Shown: positions 46,724-56,891 of the stretch, one piece after another
How the letters are laid out: the number at the start of each line of letters is the position of its first letter
How positions within the stretch are numbered: the first letter of the stretch is position 1
Source: a virus
Direction: 5' to 3' (one strand)
Length of the DNA: 64,000 nucleotides
IMG/VR virus record: IMGVR_UViG_3300034683_000041
Coordinates: 32,001-96,000 of that record
Position numbers and translations under genes: made by a program
Notes under the pieces: model-generated
Databases searched by the model: none
Seen by the model: the letters and a program-made list of their open reading frames with translations, nothing else
Told to the model about the DNA's origin: nothing

Positions 46724-49237
46724 ATGATGAGTTTAAACCAAAAGTTAACAAGTTACGACGAAGGAGCAATCGAAACTAAAAACGATATGGAGTGGCTCAG
46801 ACTTCGTCCAGAGAACCATATCCGTACAGTAGATGCTCAAGGTCAGTTACATGTCATCAAAGAAATATTAGACAACGCCCTAGACGAAACCGAGATACGT
46901 CCAAATGGCAAAGTCGATATTCTTCTATTTCTGGATAGAAGAAAACACAAATGGCAAATCGCAATAGCTGACAATGGTCGAGGATTTCCATTCTCCGCAT
47001 TTGTTCCTGCATTCACAGTACTTAAAACGTCCGGTAAATTTAACCGAGACTCATATGTAACTTCTAGTGGACTGAATGGTTTCGGTAGTAAAGTGGCAAA
47101 TGCTCTGAGTGAGAATTTACGTGCTATCACTTGGAGAGATGGAAAAATAGCAACTCTACATACCCACCATTCTGACGTTGTAGATCACCATATAGAAAAT
47201 TATTCTAACAATTACGGACACACTGGAACTGTCGTCATCTACGAACCATTGGACGAATATTTCGATGGGGTAGATGAGTTTGTCAATGACGCACATTCTC
47301 AACTTTTTGACACTGCTCGATTACTTGGCATGTTCGCATCCAACAGCACCATAACTATCAAAGTAGTATCGAAAAGTTTAGATTCCAACGTGTGGACTAT
47401 TGGAGCAGAAGAAACACTCTCTCTTCTCTTCGATAAATACTGGAATGATCCTGCAACAGTCACTGTAGTGGATGGGACTGATCACAACGCTTCTCTTGAT
47501 TTTCTCAGAACACTGTGGAAAGTAGACAGTAGTTTCATCTGGAGTGAACACTTCACATCGAAAGATATCCCTGAACTTGAGAATACCGTAATGAAAGTTC
47601 AGATGGAAGGCAAACGTTCTGTAGAGAAGCCAGTTCTTTTGATGTTTGATCTTACGATGTATTTGCCAAAGATCATGCGAGGAACGTGTGTTACTGCAGT
47701 TGTAAACAATATCCCATTAAAAGACAACAGTTCTAGTACGCACGTTGCAGCAGTTGCTGCTATGAAAACGATTCTCGCACCATTTGTAGACAATGAAGAT
47801 TATCAAAAATTCTTCATCTCGGAGTATCGTCTACCTTTGTGTTTTGCTATGGGCATCAAGTTCGCAGAAGCAAGATTTGATTCTCTTGCCAAAGATGCTA
47901 TCTTTAACTTACCCTTTGAACGACGACTTCAGAACATGTTCGAAACTTGTTTTCGGATGTTCTCAGATGATTACTGGAAAGAACTTTATGAAAAGATAGC
48001 TGACCATCTTGTTGTACAGTATCATGCGTATTATAACAAACCCATAACAAGCGCTAAAAGTTCTAAGAAACTTAGCTTGACCTTAGTAGATCAGAAGTTT
48101 CTTGATTGCAGTATCCGTGATCCTGAAAAATCAGAATTGTTCATAGTCGAAGGGGTATCTGCACAACACATAAGTGAAGGTCGAGATTCACGGTACCAAG
48201 CTGCGATGATGATTCGAGGAAAACCCTTGAACGTTATGAAAACAGGTGGTAAAGGATCTACTCCTGTATCCAATCTGAACAATTACACTCCTTATCAGGA
48301 TCTTCAAAAAATCCTGAACGTACATCCAAGCCAAACCGATCTTAGTACTCTCCAATACAACAAGATCATTCTGCTCCAAGATGCTGACGTAGATGGAGGA
48401 CATATTTCTACGTTACACATAGGTGCTCTTGCGAACATACACAAAGATCTTCTTCCTGCTGGCAAAGTGTATCTTGCTAACCCTCCACTCTACGAAGTCA
48501 TAGTAGGGGATAAGAAAAAATATATACGAACCAAAGAAGATCTCATATATTTTCGAATCATTCAGTTGTACATGCCGGTACTTGATATCCATATACAAGA
48601 TAAAAATAAAACGATCTTTGTAGAACCCAAACAACTTCTTGATGATGAGTATATTGAGTTCTGCACACTGGTGAATCTTGTCGGAGACATCTACGACGAT
48701 CTTTCAAAAGAACTTGTCATCCCCAGATTGGTTCTCGAGTATATTGCAATGAATACTCACAGGCTACAAGGAAACTTGACTGATCGTGACATACGTAGTG
48801 TTTTTGGACATAGTTCGTCATATGACGTGCGTAGTGACATCATAACCATAGAGTTCGAAAGAAAAGACATTCGTTTCTCATTGACTGATGTTTGTGACGC
48901 ACTTTATGAAGAGCTTCTCCCTCTGCTTCGCAAAATCTCGTACTTTGATATGCAGATCTTTGCCACTACGAACTACACTTCTCACTGGCAACAAACGAAA
49001 GTCAGTTTAGTAACTCTGTACGAAACTTTCTTGCAACTGAATAGTAAATTAACCATCAAACGCCATAAAGGTGTAGGTGGTATGGACCCAAGTGATCTAG
49101 AAAAGACTTGTGTTGATCCTAGCACGAGATTTTTACATCAGATAACTTCGGTAGGAGATATGGAACGAATTTGTCGCATTTTGGGCGACGATAGTTCCGT
49201 ACGTAAGCAGATGCTCATCGATAGAGGACTACTGTAG
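46724..49237 (+). CDS. gyrB: Type IIA topoisomerase B subunit (GyrB/ParE-like)
   Basis: KEILDNALDE, DNGRG and SSGLNGFG (GHKL ATPase); IVEGVSA, RGKPLNV and DADVDGGHI (TOPRIM); RHKGVGGM. Confidence 0.9.
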   Translation: MMSLNQKLTSYDEGAIETKNDMEWLRLRPENHIRTVDAQGQLHVIKEILDNALDETEIRPNGKVDILLFLDRRKHKWQIAIADNGRGFPFSAFVPAFTVLKTSGKFNRDSYVTSSGLNGFGSKVANALSENLRAITWRDGKIATLHTHHSDVVDHHIENYSNNYGHTGTVVIYEPLDEYFDGVDEFVNDAHSQLFDTARLLGMFASNSTITIKVVSKSLDSNVWTIGAEETLSLLFDKYWNDPATVTVVDGTDHNASLDFLRTLWKVDSSFIWSEHFTSKDIPELENTVMKVQMEGKRSVEKPVLLMFDLTMYLPKIMRGTCVTAVVNNIPLKDNSSSTHVAAVAAMKTILAPFVDNEDYQKFFISEYRLPLCFAMGIKFAEARFDSLAKDAIFNLPFERRLQNMFETCFRMFSDDYWKELYEKIADHLVVQYHAYYNKPITSAKSSKKLSLTLVDQKFLDCSIRDPEKSELFIVEGVSAQHISEGRDSRYQAAMMIRGKPLNVMKTGGKGSTPVSNLNNYTPYQDLQKILNVHPSQTDLSTLQYNKIILLQDADVDGGHISTLHIGALANIHKDLLPAGKVYLANPPLYEVIVGDKKKYIRTKEDLIYFRIIQLYMPVLDIHIQDKNKTIFVEPKQLLDDEYIEFCTLVNLVGDIYDDLSKELVIPRLVLEYIAMNTHRLQGNLTDRDIRSVFGHSSSYDVRSDIITIEFERKDIRFSLTDVCDALYEELLPLLRKISYFDMQIFATTNYTSHWQQTKVSLVTLYETFLQLNSKLTIKRHKGVGGMDPSDLEKTCVDPSTRFLHQITSVGDMERICRILGDDSSVRKQMLIDRGLL

Positions 49238-49382
49238 ACTACAAAGAAGGGGGTCGAATTTTCGACCCCCTTATCATATACTAGAGTGGAGGATATTTTC
49301 GTTTATTTGCATTCTAAAACATCTAAATATAGTTTGGATAATGACCTATTCCAAATTAGTAGTGATCCGATGTGAGGAACAT

Positions 49383-49844
49383 ATGAAAATTAAAACCTTT
49401 GCAGAAAGTCTGCAAGCGGCAGTGGTCAAAGTTACTAAAAACAGAAGTACCTTAAAAACAGGTACACTTTTGTTTGATAAAGATAGCTTCAAAAACAACG
49501 CGCTATACCCCATAGCCAAACTTATACGATACGTATTCTACAAATTACAGATAACCGATGAGGAATATAAAGAAAAATTCCAACAATATTCGGAAGCATT
49601 GTTAGAGGAACCTTCTAAAATACATACTAACAGAAGAAACCTGTTGGATGCATTGAAGGCTAAAACATTAACCATTAAACAATTCGAAAAAGCACTGACT
49701 GTGATGCAGTTCAGTATCACAGATATACAGTACACAATCAGGTCAAATGAAACAGGTGAAACTTACACCTTTGCTCTTTCAGATATCAATAAAGAAATCG
49801 AAAATGACAAAGTAGAACGAAATGGTTCTATTTCTGAGGAATAG
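49383..49844 (+). CDS. Hypothetical protein, possibly DNA-binding
   Basis: GAGG RBS before ATG 49383; basic and helical. Confidence 0.6.
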   Translation: MKIKTFAESLQAAVVKVTKNRSTLKTGTLLFDKDSFKNNALYPIAKLIRYVFYKLQITDEEYKEKFQQYSEALLEEPSKIHTNRRNLLDALKAKTLTIKQFEKALTVMQFSITDIQYTIRSNETGETYTFALSDINKEIENDKVERNGSISEE

Positions 49845-49852
49845 GTGCAAGT

Positions 49853-50527
49853 ATGTCCGCACACATGTATTTAAAAGCACTGGAAAGTGAATGGGCTCTT
49901 CCTCTTAAAATCACTAGCAACCTTATAAAGCAGATGGTTGCTAGTTGTGGGTCTGAACCTACAAAAATCAAAGTCATAGAGAAAATAATCTTTCCTAAGA
50001 ATTACATAAGCCCATTCGTATTCGCGGGAACGATGGACCCTAAGACCAAGTATTTTCCAAGATCTGTACAATTTCAAGGAATTGATCACATCGAACGAGT
50101 GAAACCTAAAGATGTTACCAGATGGTTTGAAACCCATAGTTCAGTTTATCGTCAAGATAACTACGGAACTCAAGTTCTACTCAATTCTCAGACTTTGTCT
50201 CCAGAACCAGATAAATTCATACGTAAATTCGATGCAGCAATACCTGGGGTATGTGCTTGTAGACTGTCGGCTATCATAGAGTCTGCAAGTTCTGGAGCTA
50301 CTAGAATCAGTTATTACTACACGATAAGAGTCGATGCTCCGGAAAGTCAGATCACTTTGATGAACTACCAAGATGGAAGTTTAAGTCAGACTACGACACT
50401 TGGAGATTTTATTCGACATTTTTCGCAATACATGGCTACACTGATAAAGACCAGATTTAATCCTACACACATGTCTCCTGATGAAAAAGCTAGTTTTGAA
50501 AAGTTTTCCCTTCTAATACACATTTAA
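49853..50527 (+). CDS. Hypothetical protein
   Basis: 224-aa ORF; N-terminal ALE; hairpin 50533-50560 after the stop. Confidence 0.6.
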   Translation: MSAHMYLKALESEWALPLKITSNLIKQMVASCGSEPTKIKVIEKIIFPKNYISPFVFAGTMDPKTKYFPRSVQFQGIDHIERVKPKDVTRWFETHSSVYRQDNYGTQVLLNSQTLSPEPDKFIRKFDAAIPGVCACRLSAIIESASSGATRISYYYTIRVDAPESQITLMNYQDGSLSQTTTLGDFIRHFSQYMATLIKTRFNPTHMSPDEKASFEKFSLLIHI

Positions 50528-50669
50528 CAAAAGTCCTATCTGGTACACTCCAGATAGGACCTACTCATCAACAGTATATTTCGGATATCAGAAAATATGT
50601 TCCGAGAACTGATGGGAAATTATAACTGGTCTGCACTATGATATAGAAAATCTAATCTGGAGGAACTTT

Positions 50670-52892
50670 GTGTCATATAAGTACGATTTTCATTCCCAAG
50701 AACTAGTAGCTGAAGATGTCGTTCACGATAAGATGGCAAGCTTCGCAGAAGCTGTTGCATTAGATAAAGTCATACATGCAGTAGATGGTCTTAAAAGTGG
50801 TTATCGTCGTATATTGTGGGCTATCAGACACCACAAAGAATTCACGAACTTATATTCGTTTGTAGGTAAAGTTATGGAACATCACCCAGTGGGTGACAGA
50901 TCCATCAATGATGCGTGTATGCGTTGTATGCAACCTCATTCTGTAGGCATTCCTCTTCTTGAGGGAAAAGGAAATACCGGCAGATACTACGACGAAGATT
51001 GTGGAGCTAACAGGTACTTAAGCGTACGTATCTCAGAATTCACTCGAGAAGTATTTTTCCAAGGAATAGATCTTAGTACAATTCCTACCGTAGAAAAACC
51101 TACGTTCGATGGGGAAGAACCTAAATTCTTAATCCCTAAACTCCCTATGGCGCTACTTATGTATACGTTGACATTGGGGACAGGGTTTAAATCCGAAGTC
51201 TTTCCTATGAATCTTACGAACTTGTGTAATCTTCTGCTTCGTTATCTGGATCATAGAGCAAAAGACAAGTATGCTCCGTTCTATGTGAATAAATATCCGG
51301 AATTGTTGATTCCTGATTTTCCTATCAGAAATATCATAACGAATTCGGATCAAATCATTCGCTCTCACGAAAGAGAAGATTATTCTCCTACACTAAAAGT
51401 AGAAGGGATCTTTGACGTTTCTGGACAGAAGATCACGCTAAGAACCACAGTATTCGGAGCTTCGTTTGGCAAAGTCGAACAAAATCTGAAAACTCTTCTT
51501 AGAGATAAAAATTCGTGGATACAAGATCTATTTACAGAATACCACAACCTTGCTACTATTCGGACAGAAGGTGCACTTGAGATCACAGTTAAGAAAACTG
51601 TAGATCCTATCATGGTAGCAAAACGACTTGCTAAAGAGTTGCGGTTGTATAAAGGGATAAAAGCTATACCTATCTACGGATTACCAAACAATACGTTACG
51701 GACGATGACTCCTGCGGAAATAATCGCTTTGTGGTTTAATTACCGGAAAGGTTCTATCATTTCCGGATTAAAACATGATCAGATAGAATTAGTCAGACAG
51801 GCTAATCTATTAAAAGTCAAAATCATGCTTGCAGATCACTGGGATGATGTTATCTCGATTGTCAGAACCCCCAATAGACAACCTGATGATATCCGAGAAG
51901 AATTGCAAGCAAGGTATGCTTTGACCTATGAACAAGCAGAAAATATCCTTCAAGGATCAAGTATCTTGTCGGTTAACGATAAAGTCAAAGATAAGAACAT
52001 CGAAGCTCTGAATAAACTTCAAGATAAAATTTCAGAGTTGGCTCAAGCCAGACACAGTCCAGACGACCAAATCGAACAAGATATCGAGTTCTTCAAAAAG
52101 AAATACGGAACTCCTAGGAAAACCAAAATATCACAATATCTAGGACAAGTATTCATTAAGAATGGGAAAAATACACATTCTGTACAGTTTGACGATTACG
52201 AAGAAGCTCTCCAGTATCTTAAAGATTACCCGACTGCAACTGTTCATGAATACGATCCGGATTGGAAAGTTACTCACTATGTGAATGCAGAAGGGTTAAG
52301 TGTGCCTATGAAAACTACACTACCCAAACGATTCGACGATTATTTACATCTGAGTACACCAAAAAAGCCTTACACTATCACGTTGAATGACTCAACTGAA
52401 GCTATATTCAAAGGGGTTGTCTTCCCATCCAACCCTAACGTACAATCGTACATCGTCGGAAATAAGTTTTACGGAATCAAACGATCTGGAGAAATAACTC
52501 TACTCAAACCTTCAGATATGACTAGTAGAAAAACTAAAGATGCTAAAGGTAGACAGACTGAGTACGTACATTTTGTTCCTGCTCACAAGCTTCCAGGTGT
52601 CTTAGTGTATTTCAACGACAAGACTCCAGATGAACTTTATTTCATGGCTATCTCGGAAGAAACCACCAAGTTGAACTTAGGAATCTTTGGAACTCCTATC
52701 TTTCTTGATTGTATTTCTCGAAAGAGGAAACTTCCGTATATTCTGAACTTACCTGCAACTACGGATTCAACTGTAAGTCACATTTACATCGAATCTATAG
52801 AAAAAGTTATGCGAGGTGGAGACTTTATTAAAGTTGCACTGAAACGAAAGTTGAAACGACATCCAGTATCCAAGAATATTGGAATTCTGTAG
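50670..52892 (+). CDS. gyrA: Type IIA topoisomerase A subunit (GyrA/ParC-like)
   Basis: DGLKSGYRRILW, HHPVGD, GKGNTG, ANRY (catalytic Tyr), EPKFLIP and PDFP. Confidence 0.9.
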   Translation: MSYKYDFHSQELVAEDVVHDKMASFAEAVALDKVIHAVDGLKSGYRRILWAIRHHKEFTNLYSFVGKVMEHHPVGDRSINDACMRCMQPHSVGIPLLEGKGNTGRYYDEDCGANRYLSVRISEFTREVFFQGIDLSTIPTVEKPTFDGEEPKFLIPKLPMALLMYTLTLGTGFKSEVFPMNLTNLCNLLLRYLDHRAKDKYAPFYVNKYPELLIPDFPIRNIITNSDQIIRSHEREDYSPTLKVEGIFDVSGQKITLRTTVFGASFGKVEQNLKTLLRDKNSWIQDLFTEYHNLATIRTEGALEITVKKTVDPIMVAKRLAKELRLYKGIKAIPIYGLPNNTLRTMTPAEIIALWFNYRKGSIISGLKHDQIELVRQANLLKVKIMLADHWDDVISIVRTPNRQPDDIREELQARYALTYEQAENILQGSSILSVNDKVKDKNIEALNKLQDKISELAQARHSPDDQIEQDIEFFKKKYGTPRKTKISQYLGQVFIKNGKNTHSVQFDDYEEALQYLKDYPTATVHEYDPDWKVTHYVNAEGLSVPMKTTLPKRFDDYLHLSTPKKPYTITLNDSTEAIFKGVVFPSNPNVQSYIVGNKFYGIKRSGEITLLKPSDMTSRKTKDAKGRQTEYVHFVPAHKLPGVLVYFNDKTPDELYFMAISEETTKLNLGIFGTPIFLDCISRKRKLPYILNLPATTDSTVSHIYIESIEKVMRGGDFIKVALKRKLKRHPVSKNIGIL

Positions 52893-52946
52893 ATAGATGA
52901 GTGGGGAATACCCCACTCATCTATAGATATGAAAATATTTGACGGA

Positions 52947-52954
52947 TATATTAC
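52947..52954 (+). promoter_or_regulatory. Early promoter core TATATTAC
   Basis: acggaTATATTAC after the hairpin at about 52894-52923. Confidence 0.65.
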
Positions 52955-52995
52955 TTTTGTGAGTCTACAATCCTAAAGTAAAAAGGAGTACGATT

Positions 52996-53304
52996 ATGGG
53001 AATCTATATCAATCCTCAGGACAGGACTTCAAAAGAAGAATTTCTTAATGCTCATGCCATAGCATTGACAGAAGAAGAATTTCGGCAACACGTAAACAGT
53101 TCTGACTACGAACAGTACTTTGCATTGGTGTGGATCAACAACGGATACTTCACTGCAGTAGCAGTAGCGTATTGTCCGAGAGAAGCGGCGGATTTGACTC
53201 TGCCCAACGATCTTCGAGAAAAACGGTATTACCTGATTGAAACCGATGTACTGTTAACTTCAAATGTGTTGCGCAAAGACGAGCTCAAATACTTGCAGAA
53301 TTGA
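52996..53304 (+). CDS. Small early hypothetical protein
   Basis: AAGGAG RBS. Confidence 0.7.
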   Translation: MGIYINPQDRTSKEEFLNAHAIALTEEEFRQHVNSSDYEQYFALVWINNGYFTAVAVAYCPREAADLTLPNDLREKRYYLIETDVLLTSNVLRKDELKYLQN

Positions 53305-53417
53305 AATGGGGGGGGGTATATCCCTCCCATTCCCGTTATATACGAACAATTATTTTTTTTGAGTCTTGATTTCTCAGATACTATGATCGATCTGTCCAAT
53401 CAAATCAGGAGAAAGTT

Positions 53418-54092
53418 ATGAATGCCAAACGTAAAAAAGTTCAAGAATATATTCTTCAAACGATAGCTAAGATGGATCCTACTGGACCTAACGTAGAACG
53501 ATACAAGAACATGTTTGCAGAAATGTCAGATCAAGAATTTGACAAATATATGAAGATGTTAAAAGAAGGGACAGTCAAACTTACAGTGTATGCTCCCAAT
53601 ATGAAAAACTATCTTAAGGTAGAAAACTTATTCAAAGCTGCAGAGTTTGTAAATGCCAAATTGTTCCATCGTATTCTGAGAACAGATCATACTACTGGAT
53701 TGCAGTATTGGAGTAATGAGAAGTATCTGGTAGTTACTCTTCCTATAAGAAGAGCTAGACAATTTTTGATGCACAAGATCTCTGTTGCGGAAAGTGATCA
53801 AAAGATCGATGCATTGACAGGACAGGTAACTAAACCAGACAAAGCTTCCGCAATATCCTTCGTGGAAGCACAGTTACTTGGAGCACAAGGATTAGAGAAA
53901 ACTTTAGAAGAGTTTTTAAAAGTTCGTGGTGGAGATGTTCGAGCATTTGGGACATATAAACAACAATTGGAAGAAACCGGAGCTTCTCAGATGGCAGGAC
54001 TTGATCCTACTACAGTACCTAGAAGTGCCGTAGTGTTTTCCAATATATTGCGATGCATGTACTACGACAACAATCTAGTTGAGGGGATGTAA
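53418..54092 (+). CDS. Virion RNA polymerase beta, extreme C-terminal fragment (phiKZ gp149-like)
   Basis: LTGQVT...ISFVEAQLL...LEEFLKVRGGD parallels bacterial TQQP...GEMEVWAL...LQEMLTVKSDD; TATG at 53382. Confidence 0.8.
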   Translation: MNAKRKKVQEYILQTIAKMDPTGPNVERYKNMFAEMSDQEFDKYMKMLKEGTVKLTVYAPNMKNYLKVENLFKAAEFVNAKLFHRILRTDHTTGLQYWSNEKYLVVTLPIRRARQFLMHKISVAESDQKIDALTGQVTKPDKASAISFVEAQLLGAQGLEKTLEEFLKVRGGDVRAFGTYKQQLEETGASQMAGLDPTTVPRSAVVFSNILRCMYYDNNLVEGM

Positions 54093-54097
54093 GTACC

Positions 54098-55459
54098 ATG
54101 TTTTCTAAAGACAGATGGAAAGATGCGCAATCCGAAGTAAGTACCGAACAACTAGCTAATCGATCGGCTTTAGATATCGTGGCAAATCTTAAAGATACTT
54201 TATCTCAGTTCGATACCTCATCCGATACAGATGTTAGTTTAAGTGGAACTTCTAAAGAATCAGTTATAAAAGAAGCACATGCCGAAGTGACTTATACTGA
54301 AGCTTTGGGTAGTGTAGTCGGAATAGATCCTGGAACTAATGAATCCATCACCACATTTGTGTCTTCCACGGATCAGGACAAAATAGATAATCCGTACTTA
54401 CAAAATGTCGCTAGTTCTGCAACTGAGATACACTACAGTTCAAAAGACATGCTAAAAGTGTCTCAACTTACGGGACAAGATATATCAGATCCAAAAGTCG
54501 CGGATCGAGAGTTGAAATCTTGGTATAGTGAAAAGTTAAAAGTTCTGGCTGCAAATACTTCTGCATTGCAAGAGTACTTGTCTGATGTACCTTTGAGTTC
54601 GTATGTTGAACACGAAACTCAAGTCCTGAAAGATATTACAGATCCTTCGGATGTTAAAGAGTTCGTAGACACTCGTATGGATGTTCTTCCACCGAATCTT
54701 AAAAATGCACTCAATACCACTGCAGACAATACTCTTGGAAGTATGTCCAATAGGATTGGAGCTATAGGTAACGGCGTAACTTCTTTGACTAATTTTGGAG
54801 AAGATGCTTGGGATGTGCTACAGAATGGAAACTATCCTGCTATAGCTGACGAATTCGGTAACCCCATAGAAGGTATGGGAGGACTTCGTGTAGGATTTAA
54901 CAAGATCCAAGATCTTTACAAAGATGCTAACTCTTTATGTGATGAAATAGTCAATGCCTTCAAAGAGTTTTCTGGAGCTAAAGACATTTTTGATATGCTT
55001 TTAAATGAAGCTATCAACAGTGGACTTGGTAATCTCATAGCTGCGCTTTTAAATTGTGGACAGGATACTTCACGTACCAGATACCACGATAGTCGAACTT
55101 CTTATCTTGCATATCTTGGACTTGAAAAATCCAGTTACAATGGAGATCCTTATAGTTTCAAGCAACTTCAAGATTTTCTTGGGGATTCAGCTATTTACGA
55201 TGTGAAAGACAGTATGTTCAAATTGGGTAGCAATACAAAGTTTACTGAAGCAGATAAAGTCACATACACAGAACTTCTGAACATGAACAGTATAACTGCT
55301 AACGAACTTTTTGAAGATACTGATGATTTTGGTATCACTGCGATCGATACAGATAAACTGACAGTAGCTACAAAAAATTCTGATTATTTGCCTAACCAGG
55401 CATACGACGAAGATACTCAACTACTTGCACTTAATCTGTCTTCTCAATATTTCAAATAA
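54098..55459 (+). CDS. Putative virion structural protein (acidic, D/S/T-rich)
   Basis: Co-transcribed with the virion RNAP fragment; STE near the N-terminus. Confidence 0.5.
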   Translation: MFSKDRWKDAQSEVSTEQLANRSALDIVANLKDTLSQFDTSSDTDVSLSGTSKESVIKEAHAEVTYTEALGSVVGIDPGTNESITTFVSSTDQDKIDNPYLQNVASSATEIHYSSKDMLKVSQLTGQDISDPKVADRELKSWYSEKLKVLAANTSALQEYLSDVPLSSYVEHETQVLKDITDPSDVKEFVDTRMDVLPPNLKNALNTTADNTLGSMSNRIGAIGNGVTSLTNFGEDAWDVLQNGNYPAIADEFGNPIEGMGGLRVGFNKIQDLYKDANSLCDEIVNAFKEFSGAKDIFDMLLNEAINSGLGNLIAALLNCGQDTSRTRYHDSRTSYLAYLGLEKSSYNGDPYSFKQLQDFLGDSAIYDVKDSMFKLGSNTKFTEADKVTYTELLNMNSITANELFEDTDDFGITAIDTDKLTVATKNSDYLPNQAYDEDTQLLALNLSSQYFK

Positions 55460-55530
55460 CTAAATGTATACTGGGACCAATCAGGTCCCAGTATACTTAT
55501 TAATACGTATGACCATCCAAACTACACGGA

Positions 55531-55538
55531 TATATTAC
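55531..55538 (+). promoter_or_regulatory. Early promoter core TATATTAC upstream of the non-virion RNAP operon
   Basis: acggaTATATTAC after the hairpin at 55466-55496. Confidence 0.7.
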
Positions 55539-55602
55539 TAGTTTGATGATGTCTCTTAATGTAGGTTAACTTCTTTTCACGCCTTAGAAAGGAGTAATTT
55601 TC

Positions 55603-56865
55603 GTGCCGTCCGAACAAAAAAGCATACCGATTGCTGAACACTCTGAAGTTGTAAGAAAGTCTCCTATTGGAACCGGAGAACTTCGTCCTGATATATACAC
55701 TGAATGGTGCGTATATAATTTCACTAAACTTCCCATATATATGGGGACATCTGCAGGAAAGATTATCGCTATTCCTGCCCAACCTGGGCATATAGAAACA
55801 CAAAGAAACCCTCGTGTGGAAATTAAATCTCGTACTGCTGAAGTTTATCAGAGAAAGGTTATTGGTATACGAGAAGAAGTCACACCTGATCAAAGTTGTC
55901 ATGAATGCAGTATTCCCTACAAACTTCTGAGGGATAATCCTGCGGTGTATTATCCTTCTCTTGCCCTCAGCATCTCTTACGATGCTGGTTCTGTATTGAA
56001 CCTCCATCCTTGTCTTTTTAAAGGAGACCGTGATCCTTTGGCGCATGTCAATAAAGACACGTCAACTCCAACAATGTCTCCTTTAGGTGTTCGTGCCAAC
56101 GATGCAAGTGGCACAATAAAACAGTTATACATATACACAGATGGAAAATTGTTAACCGCAAAGGTTAACAACGATCCCAATCTTGCCACGTATCTAGAAT
56201 TTGTTATGATCAATGAACATGGTCGAGAAATAACAAAAACTTATCCGTTACATCTGATCAGTAGTAAGGTACTGAAAGTTGAGTTTCCGGATTGGACTTT
56301 TTATGTTTCCGATGTAAAAACCCTGGCAGCTAAAGCCGATAGAGAAATTCGTATAATCGATCAAAAGATCTATACGGAACAAGAACACAACGATCTCGTA
56401 AGAGAGGCTACAACTGAACTTAAAGAAGAACTAGCACAGACCAAACTCAAGTTGGCTGAATCTGACGAAAAATTGAAGTTAGCAGAATCTCGTGTAGACT
56501 CATATCGGCAAGATATAAAACAGATGCGAGAAATGAACCAAGATAGTCTCAAACATACCACGTCGTTACAGCTGCAAGAAATAAATCGACGTACAAATGA
56601 ATTGAAACTACAAAAGGAACAAGTCAGCGCAAATTCGACAGAATTGACAGCTATAAGCAACGTTACTAAAGTGCTTCTCGTCGCAGTACCTACAATTGTT
56701 GCTGGAGCTGTGGCGTACTACTCGTCGACCACAAAAAGTGTAATCGGTGCATGTGTTTCGGGAGCACTCACTGCTTGCAAATCTCTGGTCAAAGGTGCAG
56801 TCAACAAAGTGTGTCAAAGTGTAGGCAGTTTTATCGGTAGTTGTTTTTCAGCTATATTTGGCTGA
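55603..56865 (+). CDS. Coiled-coil protein with a C-terminal membrane anchor
   Basis: AAGGAG RBS; beta-rich N-terminus, heptads, then VLLVAVPTIVAGAVAYY and a Cys/Gly-rich tail. Confidence 0.65.
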   Translation: MPSEQKSIPIAEHSEVVRKSPIGTGELRPDIYTEWCVYNFTKLPIYMGTSAGKIIAIPAQPGHIETQRNPRVEIKSRTAEVYQRKVIGIREEVTPDQSCHECSIPYKLLRDNPAVYYPSLALSISYDAGSVLNLHPCLFKGDRDPLAHVNKDTSTPTMSPLGVRANDASGTIKQLYIYTDGKLLTAKVNNDPNLATYLEFVMINEHGREITKTYPLHLISSKVLKVEFPDWTFYVSDVKTLAAKADREIRIIDQKIYTEQEHNDLVREATTELKEELAQTKLKLAESDEKLKLAESRVDSYRQDIKQMREMNQDSLKHTTSLQLQEINRRTNELKLQKEQVSANSTELTAISNVTKVLLVAVPTIVAGAVAYYSSTTKSVIGACVSGALTACKSLVKGAVNKVCQSVGSFIGSCFSAIFG

Positions 56866-56891
56866 TGAACTAGTCTAAGGAGGTATGTGAT

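Noticed and set aside
53308-53316. G9 homopolymer as a phase-variation tract
   Set aside because: It is intergenic and forms the left arm of a hairpin (aatggg...cccatt) after a stop codon. A terminator, possibly with a homopolymer length error, is the simpler explanation.
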